A stretch of DNA of 64,000 bases, taken from positions 5,334,001 to 5,398,000 of the forward strand of contig NC_086109.1 in NCBI RefSeq assembly GCF_963921235.1, written 5' to 3'. Both the position numbers and the translations under genes were made by a program. The stretch comes from Mobula hypostoma (Eukaryota). Of the stretch, positions 36,879-48,834 are shown piece by piece (within the stretch, counting starts at the first letter, position 1; each line of letters starts with the position of its first letter). The notes under the pieces were generated by a model. It was not told the origin of the DNA, did no database searches, and worked only from the letters and a program-made list of their open reading frames with translations.

Positions 36879-39792
36879 CAACAATTTTGAAAGAATTTCA
36901 CAGGAGTACACAGAGCATGGATTTCTGGAAATCATTTCTGGCAATGTTGACAGCAGAAAAGCTGAGCACCTTCCTTCTCAGTCTATTCATGCATTGAAAC
37001 CATTGATGAACTAGGACAAAGGAACGTGAGCCAGCAGATGTTGCCATTTACACTTGATTTTGTGTTAACTAAAAATCTGAGGCAAAATCCACCTGCATTT
37101 GGAACTGCTGGCGGTGAACGTGATCTCTGGCTCCTGTAAGCGTTCACTCCACACCCCCTATTTTACCCACTAGAGTTTAGAAGAATGAGAGTGGATCTCA
37201 TGGAAACTTATTGAATATTGAAAGCCTAGAAAAAGTGGATTTAGAGAGAATGTTTTCTATAGTGGGGGGAGTCTAAGACCAGAGGGAACAACCTCAGAAT
37301 AGAAGGACATCCAATTAGAACAGAAACGAGGAGGAATTCCTTAAGCAAGAGGATGATGAATCTGTGAAGTTCATTACGATAGACGGTTGTGGTGGCCAAG
37401 TCATCTAGTTTACTTAAAGTGGAGGTTGCTATGTTCTTGATTAGTCAGAGCATTAAAGACAGGAGAATAAGGTTGAGAAGGGGTAACAAATCAGCCATGA
37501 TCGTACACTATAGCAGACTCGATGGGCCGAGTGGCCTGATTCTGTTCCTCATGTCTTATGGCAAAGATGCAGCAGGTATTACAACAGGCACGTGCTGTCA
37601 GTGGTTGCTAGGAAGGGACACAGCTCTCCCATGCCGTGGGAGTGGAGGGGGCGAGGAAACAAAGGGCAACGGTCTCATTGCTGGTGAAGCAGGAGGGGGC
37701 AAGTCTGGTGCACGAGGTGCTGTTTCAGGATAGACTCAAGAGGGGCACGGACACTCAAGACTGCCCTGGAGGGAGGCAGAGGGAAGGAGGTTGAGGTACT
37801 GAAGGAGGCAGGGAGATTCTGGAGTAACAATAGGTTGGATTTAGAAAGAAAAAAACAGCCCAAATGATCCATGACAACTATAATTCCATCCAAGCCTATC
37901 CCATTTGAATGTACTTGTGCCATATCCCTCTAAACCAGGAATTCCCAATGTGGGGTCCACAGACCCCTCGGTTGATGGTATGGGTCCATGGTATAAAAGA
38001 GGACGGGAAGCCCCACTAACCCTTTCCTATAAAAATCCCTATAAAAATTTGTTATTGTGCCCGTCTCAATCAGCTACTTTGGCAGCTCATTCCTCGGCAT
38101 GTCTCATGAGGAAAGGTCGGGCGATTAGGGCTTTTCTCTTTGGAGTGAAGGAGGGTGAGAGGTGATTTGATGGAGAGGTGCAAGGTGATAAGAGGCATGG
38201 ACAGCCACTTTTCCCCAGGCTGGAAATGTCTTAATATGAGGAGGCAAAAATTTTAAGGGGATTGAAGGAAAACTTTGGGGGGGGGTGGAGAGGATGTCAG
38301 AGGTAGAATTTTTACAGAGGTGGGTGTGTGGAACCAGGGGTGGTGGTAAAGGCAGATGCATTATGGACATTTCAGAAACTTAGATAGGTACATGGACGGT
38401 AGAAAACTAGAGGGCTATGTGGGAGGGAAGGGTTAGATAAAAATGCTTAGCTACTAAGCCCGGTGGAACCGGTTCTACTGACAGGAGATGGAACTGGCGC
38501 CTTAAAAAACCAGTCTCTTCGGGCAGATGGGGCTCGTCAGGCGTGGTTGGCAGCTCATCTCAGAGAAAGAAAACTCTGATCTCAAACCTCCGCCGCCTTG
38601 CAGCTGTACCCACTCATGGGGAAGGCTTTGGGAGTAAACCCCGAGGGAAAAATCTGGAACTGGAGTCCCTGAGGCTGTGCTACGTTGAGTTCAATGCTGA
38701 CTGACAACTCCTGCAATGCTGCTGGTGACAAACTGTACCGGTCTCTGCCGTTCCTTTGGGTTCATCAGATGCGTGTACATGGGCAACAGCTTGCTCTCCA
38801 TATCGTACTCTCCAGGCTTGTGTATCTAGACAGGTAGGATACGATATCCATGGTCAACTCTGACTGACAGAGGCCACAGTCAGGTAAGAAGGCTGGCATT
38901 ACATCACAGTCTGAAGGGACTACATCGTTCTAGTTCTCAAATCCAATTAGACAAGAGTATATCCCAGAGTGGCAGTGGTCACCATCAGAGCATATCTTTT
39001 TGAGGTGAGTGGAGATGTCAAAAGAAGTTTTTTTTAATTATATACCCAGAGAGTGGTACTATATTACCCAGAACGCACTGTCTGCAGTGGCGGTAGAGCC
39101 TGATATAATAGGGACATGTAAGACAGACAGAAGGATGTAAGAAACATGGAGGGCTGAGAAAATAGATTTCCAAAACTGTTTCAATACAGAACACGACCAA
39201 AACATATGTGTCAATGTAGCTGTCTCAGTTTTACATCTATCACACTGACTATCAACATTAGGAAATATTTTAGACAGTCTCTCCTTTGTCAAATAGTAAC
39301 GATGTACAATTTTAAATTGGATTAAAGAGTGACTGGCACAGATCGAAGAAGAGTTAACCAATTTCAAAATTCGCAGCCAATCGTCTGTTATCAAGGTCAT
39401 GTTAAGCTCTCTTTCCCAATCTTGCTTAATCTTAAGTAAAGGATAATTGTACTGTTGTAATAGTAATTTATAAATTTTCCCAATAAAACCTTTCACTAAA
39501 GGATTCATTTTTAAAATAATGTCTAACAGGTCAGAATCTTGTATATATGGAAAATTACTTAAATATTCTTGTAAGAAATGTCTGACCTGAAGATATTGCA
39601 AGAAATCTGTGTATGATACAAAGTATTTAGTTACTAATTTCTCGAAAGACATCAATTGGCCATCTTGGAACAGATCCATGAAGGAAAAGACTCCTTTATT
39701 CCTCCAAAGAAAAAAGGTAGGATCACTAAGCAACACACATCAAAGTTGCTGGTGAACGCAGCAGGCCAGGCAACATCTCTAGGAAGAGGTAC

Positions 39793-39828
39793 AATCGACG
39801 TTTCGGGCCGAGACCCTTCATCAGGACT
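39793..39828 (-). ncRNA. Minimal type I hammerhead ribozyme motif
   Basis: AGTC-CTGATGA-AGGGTCTCGGCCC-GAAACGTC-GATT (G-U wobble in stem I). Confidence 0.75.
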
Positions 39829-40752
39829 AACTGAAGGAAGAGCTAGTAAGAGATTTGAAAGTGGGAGGGGAGGGGGAGATCCGAAATGATAGGAGAAGAC
39901 AGGAGGGGGAGGGATGGAGCCAAGAGCTGGACAGGTGATTGGCAAAGGGGATATGAGAGGATCATGGGACAGGAGGCTCAGGGAGAAGGAAAATTGGGGG
40001 GGGGAGAATCCCAGAGGATGGGCAAGGGGTATAGTCAGAGGGACAGAGGGAGAAAAAGGAGAGAGAGAGAAAGAATGTGTGTATATAAATAAATAACGGA
40101 TGGGGTATGAGGGGGAGGTGGGGCATTAGCGGAAGTTAGATAAGTTAGTGTTCATGCCATCAGGTTGGAGGCTACCCAGACGGAATATAAGGTGTTGTTG
40201 CTCCAACCTGAGTGTGGCTTCATCTTTACAGTAGAGGAGGCCATGGATAGGCTCTGTCTGCCAGAGAAAGCAGGATCTCCCAGTAGCCACACATTTTAAC
40301 TCCACGTCCCATTCCCATTCTGACATGTCTATCCACGGCCTCCTCTACTGTAAAGATGAAGTCACACCCAGGTTGGAGCAACAACACCTTATATTCTGTC
40401 TGGGTAGCCTCCAACCCGATGGCATGAACATTGACTTCTCTAACTTCCGCTAATGCCCCACCTCCCCCTCATACACCATCCGTTATTTATTTATATACAC
40501 ACATTCTTTCTCTCTCTCTCCTTTTTCTCCCTCTGTCCCTCTGACTATACCCCTTGCCCATCCTCTGGTTTTTCCCCCCCTCCCCCTTTTCCTTCTCCCT
40601 GGGCCTCCTGTCCCATGATCCTCTCATATCCCTTTTGCCAATCACCTGTCCAGCTCTTGGCTCCATCCCTCCCCCTCCTGTCTTCTCCTATCATTTTGGA
40701 TCTCTCCCTCCCCCTCCCACTTTCAAATCTCTTACTAGCTCTTCCTTCAGTT

Positions 40753-40788
40753 AGTCCTGACGAAGGGTCTCGGCCTGAAACGTTGACT
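40753..40788 (+). ncRNA. Minimal type I hammerhead ribozyme motif
   Basis: AGTC-CTGACGA-AGGGTCTCGGCCT-GAAACGTT-GACT (GUU cleavage triplet). Confidence 0.72.
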
Positions 40789-41974
40789 GTACCTCCTCCT
40801 AGAGATGCTGCCTGGCCTGTTGTGTTCACCAGCAACTTTGATGTGTGTTGCTTGAATTTCCAGCATCTGCAGAATTCCTTGTGTTTGAGGATCATTAAGT
40901 GAAAGTTTAAATAAATAATTTCAATAAATTAAACTAAGAAGTTTAAATTTTTTGGAGATTAAAAAAATTACGAAACTGGTACCAAATTCGTAATGACTGC
41001 TTAATCATAGGATATAAATTTAGATCAGAGATAAATGTCTAAAGCTTTAAAAATTAATTTACAACCTAATAAATTGACAGTTTTGTTTGGTATAATCCCT
41101 CAATGTATTCATGGTATTTCTATATCAGACTAACATGTAATTGCATTTGTCACATTATTGGCCAGAAGGGCTATTTTATTAAAACGGAAAGACGCCTCTG
41201 CTCCCACTTTGATACAATGGTTCTCTCAGGTGATGTTATGTCTTAGTTTAGAGAAAATCAGAAGTCGAACTCTTGATCCTAAATTTGACTTCGAGAAAAG
41301 GTGGGGTTCTTTTGCCTGCTACTATCATTTGATTTGATTTAATTAAGAAAGTTCCCTTCTGATTCTTGTGTAATTGGTAGATTGATGTTTTTTTCTTTTA
41401 TGGAAGCTTGTATGGTGTATAGCTCTGGGGTTGTGCTCCCAATGGGTTTTTTTTCCTGTTAATAGGGTTTTTTTTCTTGGTAGGGGTTCTTTTTTTCCTA
41501 AAAAAAAGTTTTTTCTTATTATTATTGATATATTGTTTAACTTTGTTAATCAGTTTCTCATTATTTTATATTGACATGTTGACTTGATTACTTTAATGTA
41601 TTTTTGTTGATCTTCAATAATAATTAATAAAAAAGATTTTAAAATGAAAAAGATGAAAAATGGAGGGTTAGACTGTGTAGGAGGGAAGGGTTAGATTGAT
41701 TGTGGAGTAGGTTTCCATAGGTTGTCACAGCTTTGTGGGCCAAAGGATACTGTTCTGTATCAGGGACAGGGCAGGAAGGAAAACCAGCTTCCAACTGTTT
41801 CTTTCTCTATTGGGCCAAATTCTTTAAGAATGAGAAGTGATCTTAGAGAAACATGTAAAATTATGAAAGGGCTAAATAGGATAGAGACAGGAAAGCTGTT
41901 TCCACTTGGGAGTTCAATTCCAGCGGTCCTGTACAGAGTTTGTACATTCTCCCGGTGACCACATGGGATTCCTC

Positions 41975-42580
41975 CACGTACTTTACTTCCTGAGGAAACT
42001 AAAGAAATTTGGCCTGTCCCCTAAAACCTTCACTAATTTTTATAGATGCACCGCAGAAAGCATTTTTCTAGGGTGCATCACAACCTGGTATGGAAGTTGT
42101 CCTGTCCAAGACCGGAAGAAGCTGCAGAAGATCGTGAACACGGCCCAGCACATCACACAAACCAATCTTCTGTCCTTGGACTCACTTTACACCGCACGCT
42201 GTCGGAGCAGTGCTGCCAGGATAATCAAGGACACGACCCACCCAGCCAACACACTTTCCGTCCCTCTTCCCTCCGGGAGAAGGCTCAGGAGCTTGAAGAC
42301 TCGTACGGCCAGATTTGGGAACAGCTTCTTTCCAACTGTGATAAGACTGCTGAACGGATTTTGACCCGGATCTGGGCTGTACCCTCCAAATATCCGGACC
42401 TGCCTCTCGGTTTTTTTTTTGCACTACCTTACTTTCCATTTTCTATTTATGATTTATAATTTAAATTTTTAATATTTACTATCGATTTGTAATCCAGGGA
42501 GCGGGAAGCGCAGAATGAAATATCGCTGTGATGATTGTACATTCTAGTATCAATTGTTTGGCGATAATAAAGTATAAAAG
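41975..42580 (+). mobile_element. Rex/Babar-type LINE 3' end; older relatives at about 44835-45385, 50480-51570, 55445-55800, 56675-57980
   Basis: LYFLRKLKKFGL..FYRCTAESI..HPA..LPSGRRLRS..NSFFPTVIRLLN. Confidence 0.85.
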
Positions 42581-42779
42581 TACTCTGGTTTCCTCCCAGA
42601 GTCCAAGGACATGCGGGTTAGTAGATTAACTGCCTGTGATTGGGCCGGAGGCGTCTGCTCCTCACTTTATCTCTGAATAAACAACTAAACCCACTGGATA
42701 GGTAGTGGGGTTTTACCACCCACCACCCTCAGGAAAAATCAGAGCGTTCAAAATGAGACACAATCCAATTTGTGAAACC

Positions 42780-44507
42780 ATCTAAAATTTAATTAAATAG
42801 TCACAAGACAACAAGGTTTAAAAAATGTTACAATGTGTGTGCACTTTCAAATAAACGACAACGCAATAGACATGAAATAACATAATATGTGCTTAGTAAA
42901 ATAAATCTCCCAGTATTATTTACGGTATTTTGATTGTCCTAGATGAAAGATTTGATCAAAAATAAAATTATCTGCTACTTAAATGAGAAATCAGTAACGT
43001 TCTTGCTTTGACCACCATCTTTCCAAATTCCACTCCAATCCTGAAGCATTCCACACATTGTATCAGATCAGATCATCTCACAAGTCTTGGCTCAAGTAGG
43101 ATATATTAGTGTCAGATAGCTAAATACGATGGACTACGTGTAACTCAATATGTAGCCATACACAAATGTCAGTTTCCTTGTATAAAAGTGGAGAGAACTA
43201 AAGTTTCATCTTCTGACTACGCACTAAATTGTACAATACACAAATCTCTAGAACTCTGCCGCGGATGGTCCCAAGCCCGGCTGCTTAGGGAGGAGGGTCA
43301 GGCATGGGGCTAGCAACCTCATCCCATAAAAACCCTGAGCAACAGAAACGCCAACAGAAGTTCTGAGTTCCTCGCCCTGGGAGAGGAAAGGTCTGAGAAG
43401 ATGGGTACCACCTGGGACAAGGTGAAAGACTGTCCCAGGAGAGAGGAATCTGGCGAGCCGCTGTTAGCAGCCTACACCCCAGAAGGGGTAAGTAAGCAAA
43501 TTTCTAGAGGACACTTTGCCATAAAGCAAAAGAAATCATTTTGTATAAAATGTGCTCAGTACTGCAGGCCAAAATTTTACCTTGAGACAAAATGCAACAT
43601 AATTAAATTCCAATTTCATTCGAAACAGCCTCTTTACCAAAATATTAAATCATGCAATCTTATAATACATCAACGTGTACTTATATCATTTAATCTTAAG
43701 GTGTCCCAGTGTTCCATGTTCAAAGTACACAGCTGCCTTTCCTTTTAACTTCTTGTTCTTGAAATTTGGGCTTTATGTTAAGGACTTAAAAATGAAAAGC
43801 ATTCATGATAAAAAGGCTGGAACCTAATAAATGAAGGAGCTTTCTGTTAACAGGCCTTTATAAAGAACATCTCAGCAGCAATTTGGGTGTTTTCTGTTAA
43901 ATACCTTCTCCTGTTCTCTGATTGATTAGAACAACGTGGGTTTAACTAACATTAACATTCCAGATTTGGGCCTTCTGGGGATTCCTCAGACATTGCAAAC
44001 TCTTCTGTTATGAAAGTCCACAGGGCGAGGACTAAACTTTGTCTGGAGCCTTTGGCAACAAATGTGCTTCCAAAGGGAAACAAGGTCACTCACTGTACAA
44101 AGTTTCATTGCAGAAACCGCCATTGGTGGGCTGTCCAACTAATGAGAGTATTACAACTTCCTTTAGGACAACAACTACATATCAAAAGGACTCCAAAACG
44201 TTTTGCAACATTGAGTGCATTAAAAAAAAGGGAAGTGATTCCAAAATTAAACCTAATTGGGATCAACTCGCTCCAAACTTACTGCTGATCTTGGAGAGCT
44301 CAGCATCTTGCATTAACTTACTGACCAAGGTTTTAGATGCGTGGACAGAAAAGGACAAGACATAGGGAGCTTGATTAAATGAAATAAAAATCATCTTGGC
44401 ACAAAGTGCTGGTCCTTGGGTTCTTGAATGGCACCATCATGGGTAGGGCAATGAGACTACGAGTGATCGATGATGTTCAGACCTCCATCTGCAGCAGGCC
44501 GGACACA
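42780..44507 (-). other. IRF6: Probable IRF6 3' UTR; candidate ATTAAA poly(A) signal at 42788-42793
   Basis: AT-rich, mostly non-repetitive sequence after the stop codon; the true 3' end cannot be fixed from sequence. Confidence 0.5.
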
Positions 44508-44735
44508 TTACTGGGCTTGTAGTGGGGCTGCCATCTGCAGAGGTGGAGGATGAACTGGCCACGTCTCATGTCCTTGGTTGGTCTGCAGGAGGTGATACAG
44601 CTGTTTCAGGTGGGAGACTATATTGTCTTTAATGTCCGGGGTGGAGATCTGAAGTCTGATGCTGCTGCTGTCGAAAGAGCGTGTAAACTCCCCGTTAAAC
44701 ATCTCATAGATCATCCGTGCAACCACAGGTACCAC
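44508..44735 (-). CDS. IRF6: IRF6 terminal coding exon (serine-rich regulatory region, stop)
   Basis: ttcag|[50 protein letters not shown]...LQAQ*. Confidence 0.96.
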   Translation of the reverse strand: MVPVVARMIYEMFNGEFTRSFDSSSIRLQISTPDIKDNIVSHLKQLYHLLQTNQGHETWPVHPPPLQMAAPLQAQ

Positions 44736-46010
44736 CTGAAGATCAGAAGGCACACAGATGGGTTAGGACGCAAAGAAGAGCAAACAGTTTAACATCCATG
44801 ACAGAACAGGCTATTGGTTCAAGTTTCAAAGCCTCAAATCAGAATCAGGTTTAATATCACCAGCATATGTTGTGAAATTTGTCATGTTGGCAGCAGCAGT
44901 ACAATGTAATACATAATAATATAAAAAAAGAAAACTGAATTAAAGTGTATATGAAATAGTTAAATTAAATTAGTGCAAAAACAGAAGAAAAATTAGGTAG
45001 AAATGTAGTGTTCATGGGTTCAATGTCCATTCAGAAATCGGATGGCAGAGGGGAAGGAGCTGTTCCTGAATCACTGAGTGTGTGCCTTCAGGTTCCTGTA
45101 CCTCCTTCCTGACGGTAACAGTGAGAAATTGGCATGTTCTGGGTGATGAGAGGTCCTTAATGACGGACGCCACTTTTTTGTGGCACCACTCCTTGAAGAT
45201 GTCTTGGATACTATGGAGGCCAGTACCCATGATGGAGCTGGTAATTTTACAACCCTCTGCAGCTTGGATCAAAGTAAGTTTGATCCTGTGCAGTAGACAA
45301 CCCCCTCCCAACCCACCCACCCCCACCGGACGGTGATGCAGCCAGTCAGAATGCTCTCCATGGTACATCTGTAGCAATTCACTCTCAAACACAACCCACT
45401 GTTGTAAACACAGGGGACCTCTGCAGCCCCTTCACCAATGGCACAGGAACATCTGAGGTTATACAGGATTTTCCACTTTCATGATTGATAGCCCAGAAGT
45501 GTGAAACCATTTTCCTATATCCAGTGAACATCAAGCACAGACTCGATGAAGGTGCTCGAAATTTAAGAAGCGTTCAGAGAAGACCAAGTCCAGAGATAAC
45601 ACTTGCAAGGTCAACAACCAGAAGGCTTAGGTCGAAGGTAATCAGTCAAATTTCCATTAGTAGACTTTTGGATCTGAGGGCAGAGTCTCAGAAAGAGGGG
45701 AGAACCATTTAGAACTGAGATAACGAGACCTCCTTCGGCCAGAGAGTGGTGAATCTGTGGAACGATTGCCAACAAATATGTCACTGGGTGTACCTAAGAC
45801 AGAGATCAATAGGGCCTTTGATAGGTAAGGGTAAGGATTATGGGGAGAAGGCAGGAGAAAGGGGGTTGAATAAAAAAGAATCAGCCATAATTGAATGGCA
45901 AGGCAGACTCAATAGGCTGGATAGTCTAATTGTGCTCCAGGATCTTATGGTCTAAAAAGTGACAGTGTTCCAAGTCCAACTACTGGCAGTATCCATTGTG
46001 AAACTTCTTT

Positions 46011-46161
46011 CTTTTAATGTATAGACATATTTTTTTTCCTGTACTCTGTATTCTTTTATATATATAAATTAATAAAAATATTGAGAAAGCAAATTAATGT
46101 ATTGACATATATTTTTTTCCTGTACTCTGTATTCTTATATATTAATAAAAATATTGAAAGA
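46011..46161 (+). mobile_element. Two tandem very short L1 3' ends inside one TSD
   Basis: cctgtactctgtattctt..aataaaaatattga occurs twice; TSD GAAACTTCTTT at 46000-46010 and 46162-46172. Confidence 0.75.
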
Positions 46162-46399
46162 GAAACTTCTTTTTAAGCACGCGCCTGTCAGACTACTAGA
46201 AGGTACTTCACTAGGAACCTGTAAAATGAAAAAAAGGTTCATCAAAATAAAAGTTTTCAATATTGCTGGTATAAAACAGACTGGGGACCAATTATTTCGG
46301 GTCATTAAGGGGATATCACTGATCTGAGCAGCAGTCAATCAGTGAAAGATTCAGGTTTGCCGATAGAGTACACAAGGCATCGGTTTGTGGCAGTTTGGT

Positions 46400-47170
46400 G
46401 TTTGAGCAGCGGCCAATCTGCGATCAGGATTGATAGGCAGAAACAAATAAAAATAAGGTATGTGGCAAGTGGATCATCCTTTGTTGGAGTGGTTATTTGA
46501 GGCTTTAGCTCTTTGAGGCTTGAGTGAGACAAGATGAAAAAGCTGCAGGAGGATTATTCCTCCAGTTTAATTATTGTTCCCTTCTTTATATAGTTAGAAC
46601 AGTACGGATACCAACCAGGATAGTTGAATGGTTGCCTTGTGGGATGTGGGAAGGCAGACAGACCTCCGGTGTCCCTGAAGACTACAACTGCGAGAAGTGC
46701 ATCCAGCTGCAGCTTCTAACACTCCACATCAAGGAGATGGAACTAGATGAACTCCAGGTCATTAGGGAGACTGAGGGGGGTGAAGATTGGACACTTAGGG
46801 AGCTAGTTGCACCCCAAGGTGCAGGACACAAAAGAATGGGTGACAGTCAGGAAGGAGAAAGGGGTTGAACAGCCTGTGCAGAGTGCCCCTGTGATCAACC
46901 CCCTCAACAACAGGTATACCACTTTGGATACTGTTGGGGGCTGAGGGGAGACGACGTAGCACAGGAAAGTCGCAGTGGTCAGGTCCCTGGCTCTGTGGCT
47001 CAGAAGGGAAGGCTGGGGGGGGGTGGAAGAGGCAAGCTGTCATGATAGGGGATTCATTAATTAGGGGAACAGAAAGGAGCAAGAATGAGATTCCCAGATG
47101 GTATGTTGCCTCCCATGTGCCAGGGTCTGGGATATCGCGGATCGAATCCTCGGCATTCTTAAGTGGGAGG
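46400..47170 (+). mobile_element. CR1 5' end / ORF1 remnant
   Basis: CGMWE..VPEDYNCEKCIQLQLL zinc-finger-like segment and AVMIGDSLIRG esterase-like motif. Confidence 0.75.
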
Positions 47171-48715
47171 ATACGAGCTGCCAGCGCAGTGGTGCGTGCG
47201 AGCTCAATTTCAACGTTTAAGAAACGTTTAGATAGGCACATACATGGTAGGGGTACGGAGAGCTGTGGTCCAGGGGCAGGTCGATGGGACTAGGCAGCTT
47301 CAATGGCACAGCACAGACTAGATGGGCCAAAGGACCTGATTCTGTGCTGTACTTTTCTATCACCCTAATTTAAAATGACCAATTAACCTACTAACCGATA
47401 TATCTCTCAAATGTAGGAGGAAACTGGAGCACCTGGTTTTACAATTTACAATGACCAATTAAACTACTAACTGGACTGTGGGAGGAAACTGGAGCACCCA
47501 GAGGAAACCCACGTGGTCACGGGAAGAAAGTACAAGCTCCTTACAGAGGACACCAGAACTGAACTATGAACTCTGACATCCCTGAGCTGTAACAGCATCA
47601 TGCTAACCACAATGATATGATGGAATATCCGAAGAGGAAGGGGATGAAGTGCACGTCTGCGCACATTATAGTCATCTGTAGTTCCTGGCACTTATAATGG
47701 GAGAATTAGTGATCAACCTAGCTTCGGAAGTAGAATATAGTATACATTTCATGAACTGAGACAATTTGCACATTGCAACTAAGTGTGAAATCTGTGTGAA
47801 ATTGACAGATATTTAGTCATGGTGATATAGAGCACTACAGCACAGAAATAGGCCCTTCAGCCCATCAAATTAATGCCGAACTGTGACGCGATCAGTGCTC
47901 CCCTCCAGTGTTCACTCCACGGAAAATAAACTGGATTACATTCGTCTGTGGCTGCACTAGCTGGCGATGAGGAACTGCTATGTGCTTGTTCTTGCAGAAA
48001 CGTGGCTCCAGGACATCAAATTCACCATCAATCTACAGACCACAACACTCAGAGACTTGGGCTACATTTGTCTTTTTTTTGTGATTTTATGTTTTTCTGC
48101 TTTCGTAATATATGCATCGAGTGCTGTTGGTACTGTCTTTTGCCCCTTGGCCCCAGAGCAATGCTGTTTCATTGGCTGTATACATGTATATTGTTGGAAA
48201 CCACTTTAAAACCTTTTTTTTAATGCATTACTTTTTATAAGATTTGTACTTTTTTTTAATTAAATTCATGTAGTGTTCACACCATGTGATGGTTCATCCC
48301 CACTCACTGGCAGAAAGCGGTATAGCAGCTAAACTAACGGTTTGTCACCTTTCTCATTTTTCATTGGCTATATATTAGCACATTACCCACGTGATGTAAA
48401 TAGCTTTAGTTATGTAGCCTATTAACTAGGTTATCCCTATCCAAGGAATCTCTTATCTTATCAATAAAAGCAATTGATTTTTCAGAGGTGTCATCTTTAT
48501 TCCTTTTGTCTTTGCATTCAATGTTTCTCTTGGCATTGTTTCTCAGCTCTTTATTTAGTTTGCTTAGTATTTTTATCTTTGTTTGAACTCTAAAATAAAC
48601 TGAAATCTTGGAATTAATAATACTCATCATTCCCGACTCCTGGGAAAACCCCAAGGATCAGAGATCCAACAGTATGATTGAGTGACAGTTAAACTTATTT
48701 AGACAGACACATCAC

Positions 48716-48834
48716 CTGCACCATGATCAGCTTTCTTTCCTTTGGTTTCCCATCGGGCCACTCCTCACCAAAGCACAGGTAAATCTCAAACGAAGGCACT
48801 TTATTGCTTTGACCCTTTTGAAGATCAATCAAAT
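48716..48834 (-). CDS. IRF6: IRF6 coding exon (human exon 8 equivalent)
   Basis: ttgcag|AT...CAG|gtgatg; 119 bp; [40 protein letters not shown]. Confidence 0.96.

Larger units (their letters stand above)
39731..40887. mobile_element. Inverted pair of Penelope-like 3' ends nested in L1
   Basis: Arms about 39731-40250 and 40329-40850 are reverse complements; TSD AGGATCA(C/T)TAAG at 39719-39730 and 40888-40899. Confidence 0.88.
39154..41654 (+). mobile_element. Second 5'-inverted L1 (inverted part about 39154-41037, direct part about 41038-41654)
   Basis: Minus: SLRIWYQF..DPTFFLW..HMFWSC..FWKSIFS; plus resumes SKALKINLQPN..LFG; approximate TSD GAAA(C/A)ATGGAGGG at 39141-39153 and 41655-41667. 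Confidence 0.85.
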
